Shown piece after piece: positions 1-13,515 of a DNA stretch of 64,000 nucleotides. The DNA is from Myxococcota bacterium (GTDB lineage Bacteria; Myxococcota_A; UBA796; SXON01), in contig JAZKFH010000024.1 of NCBI GenBank assembly GCA_040386535.1, positions 68,330 to 132,329 of the forward strand, read 5' to 3'. The translations under genes and the position numbers were made by a program. The stretch's first letter is position 1. The number at the start of each line of letters is the position of its first letter. The notes beneath the pieces are model-generated. The model did not search any database and was not told the origin of the DNA. It saw nothing but the letters and a program-made list of their open reading frames with translations.

Positions 1-947
1 CCGTAGTCGAACACGTGGCTGCCCTGGCGCATCAGCACGAGCATGGCGCGCACGTGCGTGGCCATCGAGGCGTGGGCGCGGCGGGTGTACTCGGCGGGGT
101 CGGCCTCGCGGAGCACCGCGGCCTCGACCAGGGAGAGCCCGGCGGGAATGTAGGCGAGCGGGTCGTGCGCCGAGGTCTGGTCGGTCACCAGCTCGGGCGC
201 GAGCGTGCTGTCAGCGATGCGCGGCATGAGCTCGGCGGCATTGCCGACGAGGCCGACGGACTTCGCGACCTTGTCGCGCCGGTACCGGTTCACGCGGGCA
301 ATCGCGTCCTCCAGATCGGTCGCGACCTCGTCGAGGTAGCCGGTCTCGATGCGCTTCTGGACGCGCGTGGGGTCGACGTCGATCGCGAGGCAGACCGCCC
401 CTGCGAACACGGCGGCGAGCGGCTGGGCGCCGCCCATGCCCCCGAGGCCAGCGGTCAGCACCAGCTTCCCCGCGAGGTCACCACCGAAGTGTTGGCGGCC
501 GGCCTCGGCGAAGGTCTCGTACGTGCCTTGGACGATGCCCTGGGAGCCGATGTAGATCCAGCTCCCGGCGGTCATCTGGCCGTACATCATGAGGCCTTTG
601 CGCTCGAGCTCGCGGAAGTGCTCCCACGTGGCCCACTTCCCGACGAGGTTCGAGTTGGCGATGAGCACGCGCGGCGCGTCCGCGTGCGTGCGAACCACGC
701 CCACGGGCTTGCCGGACTGGACGAGCAGGGTCTCGTCGTCCTCCAGGGTCGTCAGACACTGGAGGATGCGGTCGAACGAGGGCCAGTCGCGGGCGGCCTT
801 TCCGTTGCCGCCGTACACGACCAGGTCCTCGGGGCGTTCGGCCACGTCGGGGTCGAGGTTGTTCTGGATCATCCGGAAGGCGGCCTCCTGCACCCACCCA
901 CGACAGTGGAGGGTGGAGCCGGTCGGCGCGCGGACGATCCGGGACAT
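1..947 (-). CDS. hutU: Urocanate hydratase (5' part; runs off the left edge of the window)
   Basis: Not in the ORF track. Manual translation from ATG at 947 gives [47 protein letters not shown]...[29 protein letters not shown]...HVRAML..FDYG, the HutU signatures. The start overlaps the upstream stop (TGATG). Confidence 0.97.
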   Translation of the reverse strand, partial: MSRIVRAPTGSTLHCRGWVQEAAFRMIQNNLDPDVAERPEDLVVYGGNGKAARDWPSFDRILQCLTTLEDDETLLVQSGKPVGVVRTHADAPRVLIANSNLVGKWATWEHFRELERKGLMMYGQMTAGSWIYIGSQGIVQGTYETFAEAGRQHFGGDLAGKLVLTAGLGGMGGAQPLAAVFAGAVCLAIDVDPTRVQKRIETGYLDEVATDLEDAIARVNRYRRDKVAKSVGLVGNAAELMPRIADSTLAPELVTDQTSAHDPLAYIPAGLSLVEAAVLREADPAEYTRRAHASMATHVRAMLVLMRQGSHVFDY

Positions 948-1183
948 CAGCTCTCGTCCTCGTCCTGCGCACCCTCCTCGGAGTACACGACGCGCCGGTG
1001 GCGGTCGTGACCGACCATCTGGATGGTCGACTGCTCGACGTTCTCCGAGCAGTCCTCGAGGCTCTCGACGTACGCCGTCAGCTCCTTGAGGTAGGTCTGC
1101 TCTCCGGCCGGCTTCTCGCGATCTTCCGCGAGAAAGCGGTCGATCTGGCGGACGTCGAACTTCGCTTCGTTGATCTTGGACAT
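947..1183 (-). CDS. Small acidic hypothetical protein (FDVRxxxR...YxxSLED type)
   Basis: 78-aa ORF between rpoZ and hutU with stop/start overlap and normal codon usage. Resembles a small protein I recall from deltaproteobacteria (unverified). Confidence 0.75.
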   Translation of the reverse strand: MSKINEAKFDVRQIDRFLAEDREKPAGEQTYLKELTAYVESLEDCSENVEQSTIQMVGHDRHRRVVYSEEGAQDEDES

Positions 1184-1201
1184 GGGGGATCCTGGGTGAG
1201 G

Positions 1202-1504
1202 CTACGCCTCGGGCGGGAGATCATCGGCGGCGGGGGGGAGCAGATCGTCGACCGAGGGGGGAAGGTCGTTCGGGCGGAGCTGCTTCTGCACGTTCTCGTT
1301 GTCGTCGAAGCCGGTCATGTCCGCTTGGACGTGGCCCACGGCGATCTCGCGCAACGCGGTGACGATCTCCTTGTTGCTGCGGTCATCGTCGAGGAGCGTG
1401 CGCGACCCCTTCATGAGCTGCTTGGTGCGCTCCGCGGTGACGAGCACGAGGGTGAAACGATTCGGGACCTGCTCCAAGCAGTCCTCGACGGTGATGCGCG
1501 CCAT
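1202..1504 (-). CDS. rpoZ: DNA-directed RNA polymerase subunit omega
   Basis: [28 protein letters not shown]...[12 protein letters not shown] is the omega signature; GAGG RBS upstream. Confidence 0.96.
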   Translation of the reverse strand: MARITVEDCLEQVPNRFTLVLVTAERTKQLMKGSRTLLDDDRSNKEIVTALREIAVGHVQADMTGFDDNENVQKQLRPNDLPPSVDDLLPPAADDLPPEA

Positions 1505-1538
1505 GCGGTACCTCTCTGGGACCCTGCCGGCTATCGCT

Positions 1539-2147
1539 TCATGCCGCCCGGCGCAACATGTCCATGCGGGCGTGCCCGGTCCGTCGATAGAACCCGCGCA
1601 GCTCCGCCAGCAGCGCGCTCACGTCCCGGTGCCGCTCCAGCCGCTCGCAGTAGCGGTCGGCGAGCCTTCCCGCCTCGCGATACCGGTCCCGCTCGTCGCC
1701 GTCGAGCCCCTCGGCGAGCGTCGCGTCGTGGAACAGGCGCCGCCGGAGCGCGGGGTCGGGCCCCACGTGCAGCCGCGCCGTCACGTACTTGTCGACCTCG
1801 GCCTGGGTCTCGAGCTCGAGCAGCGACACGGTCTCCTCGCGGGCCGCGCGGCGCACCAGCAGCAGGAAGTGGCTCACGCCCTCCGTCACGGTGCACCACG
1901 CCGGGAGCGCGTCGCGTACGGCCTCGGCGGGCGTCCGGGCGTCCACCGCGCTGATGTCGTCGGCGTGCAGGTATACGCCGATGTCCACATCCTCGTCCGC
2001 CTGCCGCACCAGCACCCACTCCCGCGCCGGGCGCGCGGTGGCGCCGAGCAGCTGGTGCACGTCCGCGGCGTCCACGAGGTAGTCGCGGATGTCGGGCGCC
2101 TCGATGTCGTAGATGGCCTGGAGGTGACGCTGGATGAGCGCGATCAT
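1539..2147 (-). CDS. Conserved hypothetical protein (EGVSHF...ELExQAEVDK motif)
   Basis: Start re-assigned to ATG 2147 (MIALIQRHLQAIY...), which overlaps the upstream stop (ATGA). Confidence 0.8.
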   Translation of the reverse strand: MIALIQRHLQAIYDIEAPDIRDYLVDAADVHQLLGATARPAREWVLVRQADEDVDIGVYLHADDISAVDARTPAEAVRDALPAWCTVTEGVSHFLLLVRRAAREETVSLLELETQAEVDKYVTARLHVGPDPALRRRLFHDATLAEGLDGDERDRYREAGRLADRYCERLERHRDVSALLAELRGFYRRTGHARMDMLRRAA

Positions 2148-2743
2148 CCCGAGCCGACCGTGCGCGTCGGCACGAGTCCCAGCTGGCGCAACCGCTCCGC
2201 GACGCGCGGCGATCCGCTCGCGAGCCACTCCTCGTAGAGGCGCACGATGTCGGTGTCCGAGCGCTCGCGCGTCTCGTCTCGCACCTCCGCGATGACCTCC
2301 ACGCACGCGGGGTACCGCTCGGCCAGCTCGGCGAAAATCTCCGCGAAGCCTCCGTTCCGGGTGTCGAGCAGGCGCTCGAGGGAGCGGTACGCGGTCTCGC
2401 CCATCCGCGCGCAGTAGTCGCGCGAGATCTTGCGGCGTTCGAGGTGCTCGCGGAAGAACCCCGTGAGCAGGAGCGAGCGGTCCCCGAGCTTCCGCCAGAG
2501 GGAGACCGCCTCGGGGGGCGCCGCCATCACCGCGCGGTGCCGCAGCTCCACGAGGGTCGGGTCCCCGTCGTCATTGCCCTCGTCCTCGCGACGCGCCTGT
2601 TCGGCGAGCAGGCTCGACAGGTAGTAGACCGCGTTCTCGCTCACCGGCGCCCGTTGATGGTGCACCGCGCTCTCCACGCGCTCGTGAAAGAAGTCGAAGA
2701 GGTTTCCTTCCGTGACCAGGGCTGCCGCCTCCGTCCTGCTCAT
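2144..2743 (-). CDS. Conserved hypothetical protein, divergent from groES
   Basis: 199-aa helical ORF with GGAGG RBS; motifs YYLSSLL, RKLGDRSLLLTGFF, MGETAY, LYEEW. Confidence 0.85.
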   Translation of the reverse strand: MSRTEAAALVTEGNLFDFFHERVESAVHHQRAPVSENAVYYLSSLLAEQARREDEGNDDGDPTLVELRHRAVMAAPPEAVSLWRKLGDRSLLLTGFFREHLERRKISRDYCARMGETAYRSLERLLDTRNGGFAEIFAELAERYPACVEVIAEVRDETRERSDTDIVRLYEEWLASGSPRVAERLRQLGLVPTRTVGSG

Positions 2744-2832
2744 GACGCCTCCAGATCGTGGTGAAAAACGCCCGTCCGGGGGGCGGCCACGGGTGCCGCC
2801 CGCATCCGAGAAAAAATCTTCGCGCCTCGCGT

Positions 2833-2861
2833 CTTGACCGCGACCGGGGCCGTGCCTACCT
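2833..2861 (+). promoter_or_regulatory. Candidate heat-shock (sigma32-like) promoter for groES-groEL
   Basis: CTTGAC...CCTACCT upstream of groES; weak match by eye. No CIRCE element seen. Confidence 0.3.
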
Positions 2862-2989
2862 GACGGGCGCCCCGGATTGGGTTCGCCGTGAACCCGGTCA
2901 GCAAACCAACCTCCATCCCCCCGCGGGGTTCTCCTCTGGATGAACCCCCGATGACCTCGCGATCCTCCGGACGCGAGCTCGGAGTGAAG

Positions 2990-4983
<1,994 letters not shown>

Positions 4984-5042
4984 CTAGTCCAGTCCGCGAT
5001 CTGGCGGGCACTCCTCCGGGGGGGCCTCCCTGATCGATGGAG

Positions 5043-5084
5043 GCCCTCGCACCGCTTCGGCGGGGCGGGGGTCGTCTCTTTTTT
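5043..5084 (+). terminator. Probable intrinsic terminator of groESL
   Basis: GCCCTCGCACCGC-TTCG-GCGGGGCGGGGGT hairpin followed by CGTCTCTTTTTT. Confidence 0.65.
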
Positions 5085-5138
5085 GGCCGTCCCGTTTCTG
5101 CGAGGGGCGCGGTTTCTATGAGGGCGGCAAGACGCGCG

Positions 5139-5687
5139 TCAGGGAGAAGGGCTGGCGGTCGCGATCTTCTGCGGGAAGTAGTACCGGGCCCCGATCGCCG
5201 CGTCGAAGGTGCCGATCGTCGCCGGGTACAGGCCGATGCCGGGCGCCAGCTCGACGAAGGCCTCGAGGGGCACGCCGTCGTGGATGAACGACATGCCGAT
5301 GGGCACCCGGATGCCGATCCCCACGCTCTCCTGGGTGCTCAGCGTGTAGGGGGAGTCGCCGACGCGGATGCGCGGACCGAGCCCGAGGTACACGGGGAAG
5401 TGCACGTCCTCGATCTCGTCGGTGCGCAGGTCGGCGAGGCGCAACAACACGTCGGCGTGCATGTGCAGGGTGCCCTGGTCGAAGCTCCAGGCCAGCGCGC
5501 CGTCGTAATAGACGCCGCCCTTGGCGGGCCGCCAGGCGGCAGAGAACCCCGTGGGCAGGCCGAGGAGGATCCCGAGCCCGAAGCCCCCGACGTCCCGGTT
5601 CAACGTAGGCTCCGTCGGCGGGGGCATCTTGAACGAGGGCGTGCCCTCCTGCGCCCAAACGAGGCCCACCAGCATCATCCCGAGCAC
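5139..5687 (-). CDS. Outer-membrane beta-barrel protein (DUF3996-like)
   Basis: Signal peptide; GFGLGILLGLPTG, GIRVPIG, LEAFVELAPG; terminal beta-signal GARYYF. Confidence 0.75.
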   Translation of the reverse strand: MLGMMLVGLVWAQEGTPSFKMPPPTEPTLNRDVGGFGLGILLGLPTGFSAAWRPAKGGVYYDGALAWSFDQGTLHMHADVLLRLADLRTDEIEDVHFPVYLGLGPRIRVGDSPYTLSTQESVGIGIRVPIGMSFIHDGVPLEAFVELAPGIGLYPATIGTFDAAIGARYYFPQKIATASPSP

Positions 5688-5690
5688 GCC

Positions 5691-6310
5691 CTACTCCAGC
5701 GGTCGCTCCAGCGCGTCGAGCACGGCCCCGTCCTGGTACACCACGACGAGACGGCGCACGATCGGCCCCAGCTCCGCATCGGCGAGGTAGCCGCGCCAGC
5801 GCCGATCGCCCACAACGCTGCGAAAGGAAAAGCCGTGCCGGAGCGCATCGAGCAGATGCGACTCGAACGCGGGCGCGTCCCGGCGACGCCCCGCCACGTC
5901 CGCGAGCCGGAAGTGGCCCGCCCACTGGTCGGGCGCGAGCCGCACGACCTCGCGGAAGTCGGCCTCCGCGCCGTCGAGCTCCTCGGCGGAGAGCAGCACC
6001 TCGCCGCGATCGTAGCGGGCCGCCACCAACGTGGGGTCGAGGGCCACCGCGCGATCCAGCCAGCGGCGGGCGTCCTTCGACTCTCCCGCGAGGCGGCTCG
6101 CCAGCCCGAGCTCGTAGGCGAGGCGCGCGTCCGCACCGATCTGACGCTCCCACTTCTTCGCGAAGTCGGTGGCCGGACCGAGGCCCTCCTGCCGCGCCAG
6201 CCGCGACACCTCGTCGGCCGCGGCGGCCATCAGCGTGTCGCGGTAGTCGGGCGGCGGGATCTCCGCGCGCGCAGCAGGGAGCCCGAGCGCGAGGAGCAGC
6301 ACGGACACGA

Positions 6311-6314
<4 letters not shown>
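5691..6314 (-). CDS. Exported tetratricopeptide-repeat protein
   Basis: Start re-assigned to ATG 6314 (ATGA overlap), MIVSVLLLALGLPAARA signal; TPR-like AVALDP...ARYDRG and VVRLAP...HFRLA. Confidence 0.8.
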
Positions 6315-9337
<3,023 letters not shown>

Positions 9338-9412
9338 CAGGACCTCCGCGTGACACTACGATGGCCGACGTATCATCGCCCCGCCGGGTCACCTTTGTCG
9401 CCACACCAAGCC

Positions 9413-10972
9413 TTGACAGCCCTGATCGCCGCGGTTGTGCTCCCGCTTACGCTCGCGGGGTGCACCGGTGCGCCGCCCGTTCCCGAGCTCCCTCCCCTCC
9501 CCCCGAAGGTGGCCGCGGCGGACCTTGGGGTCCGCGGCGAGGCGCGTCCGCTCCGGGAGCTGATCGTGGCGTTCACCGGGGAGGTACGCGGCGAGATCGA
9601 GCCGTGCGGCTGCCCCACCGTGCCGTACGGCGGGTTCGCGCGGCGCGCGGCGCTCCTCGACCAGCTCCGCGCCGAGGGGCTCCCGGTGGTGGTTCTGGAC
9701 GCCGGCGAGATGCTCGTCCGCGGCCAGGTGGCTACCGACCCCGGCGACCGCCCGGAGCGCGCGCGCGCCGTGCTCGACCTGGCGCGCACCGTAGGGCTCG
9801 ACGCGTGGGCGCCGAGCCCTGTGGACCTGCTCGCGGGCGGCCTCGGCGTGTTGGCCGGCACCGACGCGCTCGCGACGACGTGGCGGGACCCCTCGGGCGC
9901 GCCGCTGTTTCCGACGGCGACGGTGATCGAGCGGGACGGGCTGCGCATCGGCGTCGTGGGCGTGAACGCCCCCGCGAAGGGGCTGGTGGCCGCCGATCCG
10001 GTGGAGGCCGTCCGCGCCGCCATGGCGGACATCGTCTCCGCGGGGACCGGCCCGATCGACACGTGGGTGGCCCTCTCCAACGCGTCGGCCGCCGACACCC
10101 GTCGCGTCGCGGAGGAGGTGGCCGGGCTCGGCGCCGTGCTCTCGACGCGGAACGGCGAGCAGGACGCGCCGCTCGCCACGTCCGGGGCCCCCATCCTCGA
10201 GAGCCCCGACCGCGGCCGGTACGTGAGCGTGCTGCGGATCGCGCTCGCCTCGGACGGCGCGGCCTGGACCGTGGTGGACGGCGGCACCGCGGGCGAGCTC
10301 GCCCAGGAGCGCGCGCGGGTCACGCGCCTCGTGGGCGCCGGGCACGACGACGCTCCGACCATGGACGCCGGGCGGGCGAAGATCGCGAGCATCCGCGCGC
10401 GGCTCGAAGCCGAGGGCGCGGGGCACGACCTGGTGCTCGTGGAGGACCGGCCCCTCGGGAGCGATCTGGACGGCCCGAGCGTGCTGGACCCCCGCATCGA
10501 GACCTTCAAGGCCCGCTCGACCGCGGCGGCGCAGGTGCGCGCGGCGTCGGCGCCGAAGGTGGCGGGCTACGCCACGGCGGCGGCGTGCACGAGCTGCCAT
10601 CGCGAGCGCTTCAACACCTGGGCCTTCGATCCCCACGCCCGCGCCTACGAGGCGCTGTTGCCGCGCAAGGAAGAGCTGAACCCGGAGTGTGTCGCGTGCC
10701 ACACCACCGGCTGGGGCCAGCCCGGCGGGAACGCGACCCTCACGGCCGTCGCGATGCGCACGTGGAAGGGCGTGCAGTGCGAGGACTGCCACGGCCCCTC
10801 GGCAGGCCACCCGCAGCGCGCCGAGGTGGTTCCCCGCAAGGTGACGGAGGCCACGTGCCTGGCCTGCCACGACGCGGCCAACAGCCCGCAGTTCGACTTC
10901 GAGACCTACCGCAAGCGCATCAGCTGCACGATGGTCTCGCAGCTCGAGGCCGAGGCCGCGGCGCCGAAGTAG
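9413..10972 (+). CDS. Lipoprotein: degenerate metallophosphoesterase/UshA-like domain fused to a tetraheme c-type cytochrome (c554-like)
   Basis: 3' part of ORF 6899..10972. Lipobox LAGC, FTGEVRGEIEPCGC, GGFARR, LDAGE; CXXCH x4 (CTSCH, CVACH, CEDCH, CLACH). Start uncertain (TTG 9395 or 9413). Confidence 0.85.
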   Translation: MTALIAAVVLPLTLAGCTGAPPVPELPPLPPKVAAADLGVRGEARPLRELIVAFTGEVRGEIEPCGCPTVPYGGFARRAALLDQLRAEGLPVVVLDAGEMLVRGQVATDPGDRPERARAVLDLARTVGLDAWAPSPVDLLAGGLGVLAGTDALATTWRDPSGAPLFPTATVIERDGLRIGVVGVNAPAKGLVAADPVEAVRAAMADIVSAGTGPIDTWVALSNASAADTRRVAEEVAGLGAVLSTRNGEQDAPLATSGAPILESPDRGRYVSVLRIALASDGAAWTVVDGGTAGELAQERARVTRLVGAGHDDAPTMDAGRAKIASIRARLEAEGAGHDLVLVEDRPLGSDLDGPSVLDPRIETFKARSTAAAQVRAASAPKVAGYATAAACTSCHRERFNTWAFDPHARAYEALLPRKEELNPECVACHTTGWGQPGGNATLTAVAMRTWKGVQCEDCHGPSAGHPQRAEVVPRKVTEATCLACHDAANSPQFDFETYRKRISCTMVSQLEAEAAAPK

Positions 10973-10991
10973 GGCGCGGAGCCCCGGGCGC

Positions 10992-13016
10992 TCACCAGGT
11001 CGCGAGGAACTTGTCGACCTCTTCTCGCTCGAGCAGGCCCATCGAAAGATCGAGGCAGTCGGCGCAGATGTCGATGCCGGCGTGGCGGTAGACGCCGCGG
11101 GACTCGAAGTGGGTGCGACCGCAGAGGTGGCACGCGGCGTCGTCCGGGGCGAGCCAGGCGCGGCGGTTCCGCACGATCTCGGCCGTGCACACGTCACAGA
11201 CGACGGCGCGGGTGCCCGACATCAGGTGTGTACACTCCTTGCCCGTGCGGCCGCACGACGAGCAGTGCACGTCGTGGTGCTCGCCGGAGCCACTCCGCGT
11301 GTCCACCGGGCGCGGCTCGGTGCGCTGGCTCGGCGGCGTGACGTGGGCGAGCAGCCGCTCGACCGTGGGCCCGGCGCCGCGCTCCTGGGCGCGACGGATG
11401 AGCACCTTCGCGGCGTCCGCGTCGCCACACATGACCTGCCCGGCGAGCACGGCCACCTGCAGCTCCGCGTCGGCGTTCTGCCCCCACGAGGTGAGGAGCT
11501 GGCGGGCCGAGCGGCTGCGCCGGGACGCGATCGCCAGGAGCAGGAGCGCCTGGTAGCCGCGGGCGACCTCCCGCTCGGCCTCGACGTTGCGCCGGTGGGC
11601 CACGAGGTCAGAGGCGCCGCCACGACGGTCGACCGCCGCGCGCGTGATGTCCTCGACCGTGACGTTCAGGCCGGCGGTGAGCGTGGGCTCGGGGAGCACG
11701 GAGGCGGCCGCGAGCACGCTGCGCGCGAGGGCCGCGGAGTAGGAGCGGCCGGGTTCGCGGAGGCGCGCTGCTACGTCGTCCGCGACGTGCCCCTGGGTGA
11801 GGCCACACGCGGCCTCCCAGAGGGTGAAGCGCAGGCCTTCGTCGTCGGTCAGATCGATGGCGTCGAGCACCGCGGGCACGGACGAGGGGCCGACGGCCCG
11901 CAGCTCGTCGAGCAGGACGGAGATGCGACGGCGGGTGAGCGCCCGGGGCGCGCCGTCTCCCCCGACGATCGGGAGACGATCGTGGTTGCCGACCTCGACG
12001 GAGAGCGCCTTCTGGAGCCAGGCCCCGTCGCCACCGCGGCGGCGCGTGCGCACGAGCTCGACGTAGCTGGCGAGGTCCTCCGGGTGGTCCTCCAACGTCT
12101 CCTTGAAGACGCGGAGGGCCTCGGCGGTCTGCCCCTCTTCGAGGAGCGTGCACCCGAGCGCGTGGCGGGCCGGCAGGTGGTCCGGCGCGAGCAGGAGCGC
12201 CTTGTTGTTGTACTCGCGCGCCCGGCCGAGCTCGCCGAGCTGCAGATACGCCATTCCCATCTGGGCGAGCGCGTTCGCGTCGTCCCCGTGGGCCTCGAGG
12301 TAGTGGCGGTAGTGCTGGATCGCGTTCTTGTACTTGCCGAGCGCGAACGCCACCTGCCCGAGGTGCTTGCGGGCGACGGCGGAGTGCTTGGGGTTCTCGC
12401 GCAGCCGGACGAACAACTTCTCCGCCTCGGCGTAGCGCCCGGTCTGGAGGCAGCTCACGCCGAGGTCGCGCATCAACGGCGCGAGCAGATCCGGGCTCGG
12501 ATCGAGCTTGAGCGCCATGACGAGGTGGTACTGGCTGCGCTCGACGAGGCGCTGCCCGGCGACCTGGCGCGAGCGTTCGGCGAGCGTGCGGCCGAGGAGC
12601 AGATGGACCTCCCAGGCGTTGGGCGCGCCGCGGCACGCGGTCTCGAGGTGGCGGATCGCGAGGTGCCGATCCCCGAGGCCCCGGTACATCGCGCCGAGCG
12701 CGAGATGCAGATCGGGCCGCTCGGCGTCGAGCCGCACGGCCTCGTCGAGGTAGCGCTGCGCGGCCTCCGGGCGGTCCATCCCGACCAGCGCGGCGCCGCC
12801 GAGCACCATCGCCTCGACCGAGGCGGGATCGTCCTGCAGGGCCTTGCGGGCGTGCTGGAGGGCGATGGAGCACTGACTCTCCCCCGCCCCGTGGTACAGC
12901 CCGCGGGAAAGGCAGGTCCGCGCGAGCTCGAGCCGGGCCTGGACATCCTCCGGGTGCTCGGCGAGGCGCGCTTCGAGGCGACCAGCGGACCAGTCGAGTT
13001 TTTGATGGGGGTACAT
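10992..13016 (-). CDS. TPR protein with two C-terminal ClpX-type C4 zinc fingers
   Basis: Many TPRs in the N-terminal half; C-terminal CSSCGR...LMSG...VCDVC and CHLCGR...ICADC. Confidence 0.85.
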   Translation of the reverse strand: MYPHQKLDWSAGRLEARLAEHPEDVQARLELARTCLSRGLYHGAGESQCSIALQHARKALQDDPASVEAMVLGGAALVGMDRPEAAQRYLDEAVRLDAERPDLHLALGAMYRGLGDRHLAIRHLETACRGAPNAWEVHLLLGRTLAERSRQVAGQRLVERSQYHLVMALKLDPSPDLLAPLMRDLGVSCLQTGRYAEAEKLFVRLRENPKHSAVARKHLGQVAFALGKYKNAIQHYRHYLEAHGDDANALAQMGMAYLQLGELGRAREYNNKALLLAPDHLPARHALGCTLLEEGQTAEALRVFKETLEDHPEDLASYVELVRTRRRGGDGAWLQKALSVEVGNHDRLPIVGGDGAPRALTRRRISVLLDELRAVGPSSVPAVLDAIDLTDDEGLRFTLWEAACGLTQGHVADDVAARLREPGRSYSAALARSVLAAASVLPEPTLTAGLNVTVEDITRAAVDRRGGASDLVAHRRNVEAEREVARGYQALLLLAIASRRSRSARQLLTSWGQNADAELQVAVLAGQVMCGDADAAKVLIRRAQERGAGPTVERLLAHVTPPSQRTEPRPVDTRSGSGEHHDVHCSSCGRTGKECTHLMSGTRAVVCDVCTAEIVRNRRAWLAPDDAACHLCGRTHFESRGVYRHAGIDICADCLDLSMGLLEREEVDKFLATW

Positions 13017-13098
13017 GGCGCCTGGTGGATTCTGGGCGTGCGATGGAACGTGCAGGGGCGTATGCTATCGCACCCAGCCCATCCCCGGGGAGGAAGCC

Positions 13099-13320
13099 GT
13101 GCCCACCGCGCCCACGTCGTCGCCGCGCCGCGGTCATAACCCCCCACGGGCCTCGGGCCGCCGCGGCCAGGCCACCACCGAGTGGCTCCTCCTCATCTCC
13201 GTAATCGTCATCGCCATCGTAGCGGCCGGCGCCGGCCTCGCCGCCACCTTCGGCGACGACATGGAGAGCCTGGGCGAGCGCTCGGGCACGGTGTACGCGT
13301 CGGGAGACCTGGCGCGGTAG
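13099..13320 (+). CDS. Flp/Tad-type (type IVc) pilin-like protein
   Basis: GGAGG RBS then GTG 13099; basic leader RRG^QATTEW followed by hydrophobic helix LLLISVIVIAIVAA and a short C-terminus. Confidence 0.72.
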   Translation: MPTAPTSSPRRGHNPPRASGRRGQATTEWLLLISVIVIAIVAAGAGLAATFGDDMESLGERSGTVYASGDLAR

Positions 13321-13353
13321 CGCCCCGCCCGCTCCCCGCCTTCCTCCCCTCCT

Positions 13354-13514
13354 GGGACGCGCCTGACATGAGGGCGGGGCCAGGCCGCAGACGACCCGGC
13401 GTGCGGCCGGGGTGCGCCCAGGGGCCCCTCTGGGGAAGGGGCGTGGGCCCCCGGACGCGGTTCTCGCCGGGTCGTCTGCCGCCTGGACCCGACGCACAGG
13501 GTTAGGCGCGTCCC
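13354..13514. repeat. 161-nt rod-like imperfect palindrome (structured RNA or MITE/REP-like element)
   Basis: GGGACGCGCCTGAC pairs with GTTAGGCGCGTCCC (14 bp, one G-U); CCAGGCCGCAGACGACCCGGCG pairs with CGCCGGGTCGTCTGCCGCCTGG (22 bp, one mismatch); further apical stems. Confidence 0.8.
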
Positions 13515-13515
13515 G

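Noticed and set aside
2744-2989. CIRCE/HrcA operator upstream of groES
   Set aside because: No TTAGCACTC-N9-GAGTGCTAA-like inverted repeat is visible.
9598-9615. Possible selenocysteine in the EPCGC motif
   Set aside because: Both Cys codons are TGC; there is no in-frame TGA.
13354-13514. SRP (4.5S) RNA or tRNA identity for the long hairpin
   Set aside because: No SRP domain IV motif (CAGG..GGAA..AGCAG) and no cloverleaf or T-loop on either strand. It is kept only as an unassigned structure.
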